The notes beneath the pieces were generated by a model. It saw nothing but the letters and a program-made list of their open reading frames with translations, made no database searches and was not told where the DNA came from. 64,000 bases of DNA from an uncultured Bacteroidota bacterium (GTDB lineage: Bacteria; Bacteroidota; Bacteroidia; JABEUT01). The stretch is taken from NCBI GenBank assembly GCA_903901055.1, contig CAIUPO010000103.1, positions 1,705 through 65,704 on the forward strand. Direction: 5' to 3'. Made by a program: the position numbers and the translations under genes. Shown one piece after another: positions 38,814-47,704 of this stretch. The first letter of the stretch is position 1, and each line of letters starts with the position of its first letter.

Positions 38814-39833
38814 TTAAAATCCAAGGGTAATAAACCTTGGTTCGGTGCTAAGTGAATCAACCACTCCGTTGTCAACTTGCTTCAGGATTGTTTCAATATG
38901 GCGGGCAGTATAAAGCCCTACACCGTTTTTTACATCGCTGAACGAAGGAATATCCTGGTTAATCCCTAGTGGGGGCTGGCTTAGCTGAACGTAGGTATTC
39001 AGGTCATCGGAACCGGTTGTGAAAATAACAGATACGGAAACAGGGGTACGCGATACACCTTGCTTATGAGGTAAACTTGCTATTACGGCAAGCAGGCCTT
39101 GTGCATTAAACGAATACGATAACGTCAGCCCACCTCCCAGTGTTGATGAGGTAATAGGTGCAAAAATCCAATCGATATAGTCTATGGTTACATTGCTTTG
39201 GTAAACTTCCCTATAAAAAAATCGGATTGCCATTTGATATATCCGGGCTCCCGGTGAGGTTTGCCAGGCAATGCGAGATGGGCGGCTGGTATCGCTCGAA
39301 ATAGGAAATGATTTGGAAAATGTGAACCCTGAGGGGGAGGTAAAGTCTACATCGGGCATCAGGCTGGCAGAACCCGTAACTCTCTTACCTGTCTTGGTAT
39401 TTATAATTACAAGGTTATAGTAGTCATTCGGGTTTAGTGGTTTTTTGTGAGACTGGGTGTAATACAACAGTTGCTTCGGATTTGAAAAGACACCAGGCCC
39501 AAGCGGAATGGCGGTTGTAGTATCAAGATTAAAAGTATCGACTACACTGCTCGAAATTGCGCTGGAGTCTTGTATATATGCGTGAATATTACCAACGGGG
39601 TAGTAGATAGAATCGTAAACTGCGGCCATGGTGTAGGCATTACCAAGCCCTTCAAAGGCTTTATTAATACGGAAATAATGCACTGAATCGCTTTGGTCCA
39701 TTAAGCCATACACAACCGTAATGTCTTTATACGGAGCAAGGATTTTAACATCGTTACTACAGGAATTTGACCCCAAAGCAAGCATGAAAATTGAAAAACC
39801 ACAAATTAAAAATTTAAGACTGCCCGGTTTCAT
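38814..39833 (-). CDS. DUF4249-like lipoprotein (copy 2)
   Basis: Lipobox NSC; extensive identity to 37683-38690. Confidence 0.75.
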   Translation of the reverse strand: MKPGSLKFLICGFSIFMLALGSNSCSNDVKILAPYKDITVVYGLMDQSDSVHYFRINKAFEGLGNAYTMAAVYDSIYYPVGNIHAYIQDSSAISSSVVDTFNLDTTTAIPLGPGVFSNPKQLLYYTQSHKKPLNPNDYYNLVIINTKTGKRVTGSASLMPDVDFTSPSGFTFSKSFPISSDTSRPSRIAWQTSPGARIYQMAIRFFYREVYQSNVTIDYIDWIFAPITSSTLGGGLTLSYSFNAQGLLAVIASLPHKQGVSRTPVSVSVIFTTGSDDLNTYVQLSQPPLGINQDIPSFSDVKNGVGLYTARHIETILKQVDNGVVDSLSTEPRFITLGF

Positions 39834-39881
39834 TTTTTGTAACTAAAACAAATATATGCATTATACATATATATTTACGAA

Positions 39882-40406
39882 ATGAAAAGGCTATTCATCC
39901 TTTTTTTGATTTTGTTTTCGGTTTGCTCAATCCGGGCCCAAAACCTCAATTTTAAAGATACAAACAGCCTCAAGTCTTTATTGTGCAGCCATGCATGGAT
40001 AAGATATGCGGTTAGTGAAGATTCCACTATTTCCGACAGGATAATGGACAGCATTACGTTTTATCCCAATCACACATTCTTTCAATCTGCAAGGCCAAGC
40101 GATGATAGGGACTTAGACTGGATTGTACCCAAACGTGTAATCCGGGGTATGTGGGGTTTTAGTGGAACAGCAAAAGCATCACTGAAAGATTTAGAAACAG
40201 ATTGTGTAAATGTAAGTATGGTAGAATCAAATAAAGCCAGCAGCATAACATTGCAGTGGAGGCTGGCTTTGGTCGATGGAAAAAGAATAAGGAGCAGTAA
40301 GTTTACAAGGGCAGGTAATGTTTTAGGGCAACCTTTTATTGTTTACTCATTTATTCAAAGAGGCATTGAATGGGATATTGAACATATTTGGCGGGTTCCG
40401 AAGTGA
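39882..40406 (+). CDS. Hypothetical exported protein
   Basis: 174-aa ORF with signal peptide. Confidence 0.7.
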   Translation: MKRLFILFLILFSVCSIRAQNLNFKDTNSLKSLLCSHAWIRYAVSEDSTISDRIMDSITFYPNHTFFQSARPSDDRDLDWIVPKRVIRGMWGFSGTAKASLKDLETDCVNVSMVESNKASSITLQWRLALVDGKRIRSSKFTRAGNVLGQPFIVYSFIQRGIEWDIEHIWRVPK

Positions 40407-40485
40407 AAAAAGCCAAACTTCTTTACAATTAGCCTTGAAGGCGAAATAAACTATCACCACTCTAACAGAATGGATTCCGTAATTC

Positions 40486-42537
40486 TTAATTCGCCGAGAT
40501 GGTGTCAATATCTTCCTGTGCAATCAATCCCTTTTTTACAAGGGCTTTCATCCTTTGCAGGTAATCATTGTAAAGGGCATCCTGGTTAAAGTTTTTTGCA
40601 AAACGGGTCAGGTCTCTGAGGGAAATTTTCGCTTCTTGTTCCAGCGATGATACATCCACATATCCGCCTGCATTAACCGTTGCTTTACCGGTATTTGCCT
40701 TGCTCAACTTAATTAATTGTTCTTCGTAAGATTTAAATAGTTTTTTCGAAATGGAGTTAGCTTTGGCCGCTCCACCTGCCCTGTAATAGGCATGCGTAAT
40801 AAATTTTACCTGGTAATCGTAAGGGCAATTTTTTTCAGGTATCGAATCCATACAAAGATTAAGCACCTTTAGGGCAGAATCATTTTTGCTTTCATCAATC
40901 AGTTGGCTGGCCAATTTCCATGCACAGGCCCTAAGACTGCCTGCCATACGGGTTTCCGATTCGCATATATGCTTGCCCGAACTTATTCCTCCCCATTTAA
41001 ATTTATGCATATACAGGTCGTAGGAATCAGCGCTTGAAATGATGGGGTTAAAAAATGGTTGGGATGATTCGTTTTTAACAGGAACTAATTCATAAACGAG
41101 CCCATTCTGTTTCATATAATTATTTAATCCGAGGTATTGGTCTTCGTTTCCGTTTGTGAAGCAGAGGGGCCTTTTCCAGTCATTGGCAAGTAATACGTCA
41201 AGCAGCATTAAATTACCTTTCAATAGATAAGTTCCGTTAAACTTCCAGTTGATTTCATCCGTTAAATCTTTATTTTCATCAGTAGATAATATTTTACTCT
41301 TCAGCACATTTTCTTTGTTTACCGATAACTTAAATTTATTGGTTGGTAAATAATTTACAAATGCAGTACTCTTGGTTCCTGATTTGTCTGCCGTAACTTC
41401 CAGCATATTCGCGGTATCTGAACTTGTCATAAAATCCATTACTGATTTTAAATCGCTGTAAAGATTATCGCTAAAATGCCCGCTTGGGTTGTTGTAATAA
41501 AAAAGGTAATCCCGCACCCCATCCTTATACTGTTCCGGAGTCATTGTTAATGGTAAAGCCTGAGCTCCCAGAAAAGGCCTCCTAACCCGGTTAGCGTATC
41601 GTGCCACGTTTATCAATTCATTATTTACAATCAGCACATCGGTACGGTATTTATACTTAGCCTGAACGTATAGCAATGGGTATGTATCGTTGTCTCCATA
41701 AGTAACAAGCATTGCATTCGAATCGCAGGATTTTAGATAGTTTTTCGCCATCGCTATCATGAAATCGTCGAAAATATTATCCGGTAATTCTTTCTTTGCC
41801 TCATCATCATTCTGGTAAACAAGCATATCCAGGTATCCAACTGTATATTCATCTGCAAGTTTTAATCCAATATCACCCACCATAGTCACATAGTCAGGGT
41901 TCATTTTTTTAACCTCTTTAAATGTTTCAATTGCAAGGTTGTGATACTTTCTGTATTTAGCAAGCTGTTCGGGTGAAAGTGCATCAGGCCCATCTTTCAG
42001 GGTGAAAAGAAATCGCTTATCCGACATGCCTGAGTTATTGTTGAGCATATTGTCGGCAAAATAGGAGTAGGAGCGTCCCAATGCATATTCAATAGAATCG
42101 GGCAAGTTTTTCTGATCGCCATATTCCTGTATAATATCCCAATCGAAGGCTGGGTAATTGTAATAGGGAAATAAATTAAAATAATAGTTCTTGAAATCCT
42201 GCCTGAATGTAGCCAGGTTTTCTTTGTTTTCGCCTTCAAAGCGGATGGGGTCAAAGTTTATTTTCTGGAATGATTTGGTTCTCCTAGACCAGAACAGTTC
42301 GTCTTTTGCAAAGGAATCGTAACTTTCATTCAGTTGTACAACATGCCACCCGTCAGGCTTTTTCTGGAATTGCAGGTATTGCAACGAGGGTAAATTTTTG
42401 ACGGAATACGTTTCGAAAAACTTGGTGTAAACTATATCCGCTTTGGGATAGACAAGATAGGCATTCTGAGCGTGGCAAAATGTAACGGAAAGTAAAAACA
42501 CAATAAAAGGAAGCAGTTTAAAACCTTTGTTCTTCAT
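40486..42537 (-). CDS. Exported protein containing the C-terminal soluble half of DUF2723/TMEM260-like proteins
   Basis: AKNYLKSC..NAMLVTYGDNDTYPL.YVQ...RTDV, NDWKRPL, GLVYEL; only a signal peptide, no polytopic TM region. Confidence 0.72.
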   Translation of the reverse strand: MKNKGFKLLPFIVFLLSVTFCHAQNAYLVYPKADIVYTKFFETYSVKNLPSLQYLQFQKKPDGWHVVQLNESYDSFAKDELFWSRRTKSFQKINFDPIRFEGENKENLATFRQDFKNYYFNLFPYYNYPAFDWDIIQEYGDQKNLPDSIEYALGRSYSYFADNMLNNNSGMSDKRFLFTLKDGPDALSPEQLAKYRKYHNLAIETFKEVKKMNPDYVTMVGDIGLKLADEYTVGYLDMLVYQNDDEAKKELPDNIFDDFMIAMAKNYLKSCDSNAMLVTYGDNDTYPLLYVQAKYKYRTDVLIVNNELINVARYANRVRRPFLGAQALPLTMTPEQYKDGVRDYLFYYNNPSGHFSDNLYSDLKSVMDFMTSSDTANMLEVTADKSGTKSTAFVNYLPTNKFKLSVNKENVLKSKILSTDENKDLTDEINWKFNGTYLLKGNLMLLDVLLANDWKRPLCFTNGNEDQYLGLNNYMKQNGLVYELVPVKNESSQPFFNPIISSADSYDLYMHKFKWGGISSGKHICESETRMAGSLRACAWKLASQLIDESKNDSALKVLNLCMDSIPEKNCPYDYQVKFITHAYYRAGGAAKANSISKKLFKSYEEQLIKLSKANTGKATVNAGGYVDVSSLEQEAKISLRDLTRFAKNFNQDALYNDYLQRMKALVKKGLIAQEDIDTISAN

Positions 42538-42727
42538 GTAATGGTAGGCTGATTGTGGGTCGGTAAATGTACAAATGTAATTGTTCAGGCAAGGCGTAAA
42601 CTCTTTTTCACTGTGTTTAGATTATTTTTCCCTTACGAGATTTTAACTCTATATGCAATTTTTTTTTAGTTTTGTCATTACCAAAACGTGCCAATTTAAA
42701 ATTACCAAATCTGTAAACAAACTTTAC

Positions 42728-45700
42728 ATGAATTTATTTACCAAACTATCTGTTAGTTTTTCCCTTTTAATTTTTAGTTCTTCATTAATTAATGCACAGA
42801 AAGCAACCAAATTTGAGTTTGGCCAGCGTAACGCATTTGTAGAAAATAAAGGGCAGTTCAAAACCCCTGCGGAGCAGACTGGCAATATCTTGTACGCCTT
42901 TGAGGAAGGAGGCACAAGAATATATTTCACACCTAAAGGAGTGATTTATTCATTCACAAAAGTTACCATTAAAAATAAGTCAAAAAAAGAGGAAAACTCT
43001 GTTGGTGAAGATGAAGAAGAAAAGAAAGCTATAAGCACCCAATCGGATGTTGTTTCGATGGAATGGGAAGGCTGCAATAGTAATTGCAATATAGTTGCAG
43101 AAAATAAATTGCCTGACTATTTCAATTATGGCACAAAAAATAATGGTGCTTATAATGGAATATCAAATGTGAACGGTTATGAAAAAATAACCTATAAAAA
43201 CCTTTATCCGGGAATAGATGTGGAGTATGTAATTAATCCTAAAGGTGGAGTGGAATATTCACTAACAGTGCAGCCCGGTGCCAATATCATGTCGGTTAAA
43301 ATGAAATATGCAGGGAAAATCCCTATGTTAGATAAGAAAGGGAATGTGCATATTTCAACTTTGTTTGGCGATATAATAGACCATAAACCAACTAAATGTT
43401 TGAATGGCGAGAATTCAACTTCTCATTCCTTCTTTAGATTAACAGCGAATAATACAGTTTCATTTGGTGTAAGTAATTATCATCCGGAACAAATTTTAGT
43501 TATTGACCCATGGACAATCACCCCATCCTTCCCAAACAGCAACAGGGTTTGGAATTGCCAGACCGATGCAGCAGGCAATGTATATCTATATGGTGGTGAT
43601 ATGCCGCTTTTATTATGCAAATACAATTCAGGAGGCACTCTTCAATGGACCTACACAACAACTTGGGATTCCACTTCCTATTGGTTAGGTACATTAATTA
43701 CCGACAGAACAGGGGTGTCTTACATAACTGCAGGTTCAAACGGCGAAATTTCAAAAATTAGTACTGGTGGAGGCCTTGTGTGGCACAACAATCCGAATGG
43801 TTTTTTTGGCCCGCTTTATGAATACTGGCACATGGCTTTCAACTGCGACCAGACACAATTAGTTGTCGGTGGTATGTATGGGGCTAGCCCTTTCAATATT
43901 GCAGGATACCAAGGGGCTATTTTCAATATAAATCTTACAAATGGCACAATTGCTAATCAGATTGCAGTAGGATACAATTTTGGATTACTAAATATTAATG
44001 AGGTTCGCGCCATGTGTTCTGCACCAAATGGTAATTATTATTTCTTAACACTTGATTCCATTGGTTCTACTCAATCTGCATTAACATCTGTAAATTATAA
44101 AATACCAAACAATTATAATTTCTCTTATGGCAGCCCAACTTATTCAATTGTAGGTAATTTAGGCATGAACGCTATGCGCGCCACAACAAGTTTTATTTAT
44201 ACTCAGAATGGCACAAATATTGATAAAAGAGACATTAATACCGGTAATATTTTAACAACCGCAGCAATCCCGGGAGGAACCTCTTCCAGTTTTCTGGGTG
44301 CGTATGCACCGGGCAACTCCGGCCTTGATATAGACAGTTGCGGAAACGTATATGTGGGTTCTACTAACCAGGTTATTGAATATGATGCAAACCTTAACCA
44401 GATTACGACAGTAACAACACCTTCTGCCGTGTATGATGTTGCCGTAAATAATAATGGAAACGTAATTGCATGTGGCAACGGATTTGCAATGTCAATTAAT
44501 TTCTCGGCATGTAAACCACCTGCTCCTATTTGCAAAACAGGTTGCACACCTCCCGGCCTCATTGGTATTCCAACGAATATTAAATGCTTCGGAAGTTCAA
44601 CAGGTAGCGCCACTGTAACCCCATCAGGAGGAAACCCACCATATACTTATAGTTGGTCTCCAAACGTAAGCACCACAGGTAATGCCTCGGGCTTAAGTGC
44701 GGGTTCTTATACCTGTACTGTTACCGATAATACCGGATGTTCTTCCATAAGTTTAATTGCTGTTACACAGCCAGCAGTTATTACAGCTACCGTTACACCT
44801 ACGGCTACTTCCTGCGGAGGCAATACAGGTTCTGCATCTGCCAGCGCAGCCGGTGGAACAGGCGCTTACACTTATTCATGGTCACCAAGCGGAGGTTCAA
44901 CAAATAATGCTACCGGATTAAGTGCGGGGACTTATACCCTAACAATCACAGATGCAAATTCATGTAGTTTTTCTGTATCAACCAATGTAATTAGTTCAGG
45001 CGGACCTACTGCAACACCAACTCAAAGCAATATTAAATGCGGAGGAAATAACACGGGTTCTGCTACCGCGAATGTTACCGGAGGCACAGCACCCTATACT
45101 TATGCCTGGAGCCCCAGTGGAGGAAGCAGTGCAACTGCTTCAAACCTGAGTGCAGGAACCTACACATGTATTGTAACAGATAACAAAGGATGTATCAGTT
45201 CATTTATTATAACAATAACTACACCGGCTGCGTTAACGCTAAGTTACAAGAGCGATACTATCTGCCGCGGAGATACAGTTGCTTTTACAGCCAATGTTTC
45301 CGGCGGAACAAACCCTTATGCTTATGCATGGGCACCTGCTACTGGGTTAAGCTGCAATAACTGCCCTTCGCCAATGGCATCTCCAACTGCAACTACTTGT
45401 TATAATGTTACGCTTACCGATTCTAACGGATGCAGCGCCACGGCTCATGTTTGCATGAAAGTAAATCAACTGCCGAATGTTACACTTATTAAGCAATCCG
45501 CCGATACAATATGCAACAGCTCCGGAGCAATCCTATTGTTTGGTTCACCCGGTGGTGGCGTGTTTGGTGGTAAAGGTGTAACCGGAACATTTTTCTATCC
45601 CGATTCTGTTCCTGTTAACCAGTATGATGTTTTCTTTTACAAATATACCGATGGCAACGGATGTTCTAAAATTGCAAAAGACAGTGTTTATGTTGTGCTC

Positions 45701-45976
45701 TGCGAAGGCATTGATAACATTACTGGCAACAACGGAATAATTACCATTTACCCTAACCCGAATAATGGGCAGTTTATAATTCAGTCGTCAGTTATCAGTA
45801 ATCAGTTGTCGGTCGAGATTTATGACGTACTCGGACAGGTAGTATCTAAAAAACAATTGAAAGCAAAATCTACCCTTATTGACTTGGGAACTGTAGCTAA
45901 TGGGGTTTATTTCTATCGTGTATTAAAGGCAAGCGGCAATGTGTTAGGAGCCGGAAAAATAGTCATTCAGAAATAG
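42728..45976 (+). CDS. Large T9SS-secreted protein (N-terminal FVENKGQ domain, beta-propeller, SprB-type repeats, CTD)
   Basis: FVENKGQ, YKNLYPGID, LVIDPW, repeated GGTxPYTYxWSP..GLSAGTY, IYPNPNNG CTD. Confidence 0.88.
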   Translation: MNLFTKLSVSFSLLIFSSSLINAQKATKFEFGQRNAFVENKGQFKTPAEQTGNILYAFEEGGTRIYFTPKGVIYSFTKVTIKNKSKKEENSVGEDEEEKKAISTQSDVVSMEWEGCNSNCNIVAENKLPDYFNYGTKNNGAYNGISNVNGYEKITYKNLYPGIDVEYVINPKGGVEYSLTVQPGANIMSVKMKYAGKIPMLDKKGNVHISTLFGDIIDHKPTKCLNGENSTSHSFFRLTANNTVSFGVSNYHPEQILVIDPWTITPSFPNSNRVWNCQTDAAGNVYLYGGDMPLLLCKYNSGGTLQWTYTTTWDSTSYWLGTLITDRTGVSYITAGSNGEISKISTGGGLVWHNNPNGFFGPLYEYWHMAFNCDQTQLVVGGMYGASPFNIAGYQGAIFNINLTNGTIANQIAVGYNFGLLNINEVRAMCSAPNGNYYFLTLDSIGSTQSALTSVNYKIPNNYNFSYGSPTYSIVGNLGMNAMRATTSFIYTQNGTNIDKRDINTGNILTTAAIPGGTSSSFLGAYAPGNSGLDIDSCGNVYVGSTNQVIEYDANLNQITTVTTPSAVYDVAVNNNGNVIACGNGFAMSINFSACKPPAPICKTGCTPPGLIGIPTNIKCFGSSTGSATVTPSGGNPPYTYSWSPNVSTTGNASGLSAGSYTCTVTDNTGCSSISLIAVTQPAVITATVTPTATSCGGNTGSASASAAGGTGAYTYSWSPSGGSTNNATGLSAGTYTLTITDANSCSFSVSTNVISSGGPTATPTQSNIKCGGNNTGSATANVTGGTAPYTYAWSPSGGSSATASNLSAGTYTCIVTDNKGCISSFIITITTPAALTLSYKSDTICRGDTVAFTANVSGGTNPYAYAWAPATGLSCNNCPSPMASPTATTCYNVTLTDSNGCSATAHVCMKVNQLPNVTLIKQSADTICNSSGAILLFGSPGGGVFGGKGVTGTFFYPDSVPVNQYDVFFYKYTDGNGCSKIAKDSVYVVLCEGIDNITGNNGIITIYPNPNNGQFIIQSSVISNQLSVEIYDVLGQVVSKKQLKAKSTLIDLGTVANGVYFYRVLKASGNVLGAGKIVIQK

Positions 45977-45994
45977 TAATTAAGCTTTACTATG

Positions 45995-46022
45995 AAAAAG
46001 GAGGGTAATTCCCTCCTTTTTT
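45995..46022 (+). terminator. Intrinsic terminator
   Basis: AAAAAGGAGGG-TAATT-CCCTCCTTTTTT. Confidence 0.85.
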
Positions 46023-46107
46023 GTTTTGTGCATTAACCTCCTTTTAGGAGAGAGTAGGGTGAGGTCGTTTTGCATTGCAAACGAAATATTTCCCTAAATT
46101 TGGATTA

Positions 46108-47079
46108 ATGAAAATGAAGTGTCTTTTATTGTTTTTACTTTGCACAACTACCTTCAGCATAATAGCAACAAGCCAGCAAGCCTTGCCCGATAGCGGCTTC
46201 ACTAATAAAGCAGAAGCCACAAATAAAAAAGTGAACGGAGTAAAAGAGGGGAAGTGGGTGGAGTATTACAGGGAATACGATAACCTTAACGGTGCAGGGT
46301 TAAAGCTAAAGAAACTACAGTTTATCCATACCAAGCATTATCATTTGCTTGTTTACAAAGCCGGCAAGCAGGAGGGAATTGACAGGCAATATGATGATGG
46401 GAAATTATTTTGTATTACCCCATATAAAAATGGAAAAATAGATGGGGTTGAAAAATGTTATAACGATGATGGGACCGTTTGGATGGAGGCTACTTATACA
46501 AACGATACATTAAACGGAGTAATGAAACATAATACTATTGATGGACAATTGCGGGATGAGGGTTACTATGACATGGATAGATTAATAAGTGAAAAGTCAT
46601 ATTATCCAAATGGAAGATTGAGTGGTGAAGGCAAATATACAGGTGTAAATTGGGTATTTAAAAACTACGATGATAGCGGAAAGTTGACAAGCACAATGGT
46701 TGAAACCGAAATCGATAGCATTCATTACATAGAGAAGAATTTTTATGAAAATGGCCAATTGCATTTTGAAGCATTATATACCAATGGTGAACAAAATGAA
46801 GTGGAGAAAACATATTACCGGAATGGAAAATTAGAATCGGAGAATACTTATGTAAATGGCTATTCGAATGGGCCGCAAAAGGATTATTACGAAAATGGAG
46901 TGTTATGGAAGGATTTTAATGAGGTGGATAATGAAATTGATGGAGTATATTCGGAATACTATAAGGACGGAAAACTCGCTATTCAATGTATTTATAAGCA
47001 TGGAAAATTGAAGCAGATAAAATATTTCGATGATAAAACAGGAATGCCTTTTGATAAAAACGGGAATGAAATAAAATAG
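46108..47079 (+). CDS. Exported MORN-variant repeat protein (YwqK-like)
   Basis: Repeated YYxNGxL...Y.NG...G units; signal peptide. Confidence 0.85.
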   Translation: MKMKCLLLFLLCTTTFSIIATSQQALPDSGFTNKAEATNKKVNGVKEGKWVEYYREYDNLNGAGLKLKKLQFIHTKHYHLLVYKAGKQEGIDRQYDDGKLFCITPYKNGKIDGVEKCYNDDGTVWMEATYTNDTLNGVMKHNTIDGQLRDEGYYDMDRLISEKSYYPNGRLSGEGKYTGVNWVFKNYDDSGKLTSTMVETEIDSIHYIEKNFYENGQLHFEALYTNGEQNEVEKTYYRNGKLESENTYVNGYSNGPQKDYYENGVLWKDFNEVDNEIDGVYSEYYKDGKLAIQCIYKHGKLKQIKYFDDKTGMPFDKNGNEIK

Positions 47080-47470
47080 ACACTAATTAGGTCCCACTAA
47101 GTAGAGTCTTTTTGCTCACTGTTATACCTGTTAATTTGATTTTTCCCTGAAAGGAATTTCATTCTGAATTCTTCATTTTTCATTCTCCATTCATTCCAAG
47201 TCATTGACTTCTGAAAAAACAACATTTGATGCATTATCTTTGAATAGAAATAAACCGCAAAATGACTTCAGCTACTGAAAATATTTATACCAAAAATGAA
47301 AAAGTATATACATTTTTTAGTTATGAAATTCTGTTTCCGCCTGTTAATAACAGGAAATTCAGAAAAAATATTATTGAATATCAGGCAATTAACTTTTTGC
47401 ATGTTTGGCTTTTACCCTGTTAATTTCCCTGATAGGCCTCTGTTACAGCTCCTGTTCCGCCCTGTTATTT
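47078..47470. repeat. Non-coding element copy B
   Basis: Hairpin AGACACTAATTAGGTCCCACTAAGTAGAGTCT; TATCTTTG at 47235-47242; CCTGTTAATAACAGG at 47340-47354; five ~11-bp-spaced CTGTT/CTGAT motifs at 47415-47470. Confidence 0.72.
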
Positions 47471-47529
47471 GGCCAATTTAAATTTATAACGAAAATAAAA
47501 ATGAGTATATTAATAAATAAAACAAATTC

Positions 47530-47659
47530 GTCATTCCGAGGATCTGCTAAGCAACTCCGAAGGGTTCATGAACTCCCCTATAAATATGAATAGTGAATAA
47601 TCTCATAAAATTCGGACATCCTTTTGGGGCAAGATTGCTTGGCAAAGCCTCGCAATGAC
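47530..47659. repeat. Palindromic intergenic element (GTCATT.CGAGG ... CCTCGCAATGAC)
   Basis: Terminal inverted arms GTCATTCCGAGG/CCTCGCAATGAC and inner AAGCAA/TTGCTT; a more degenerate GTCAT...ATGAC element is at 36668-36731. Confidence 0.6.
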
Positions 47660-47704
47660 AGGAAACTAAAGGTCATAGCTTATATCTTACATCTTATAGC
47701 TGAA

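Noticed and set aside
46108-47079. YwqK antitoxin of a toxin-antitoxin pair
   Set aside because: Generic MORN-variant repeats with a signal peptide and no adjacent toxin gene
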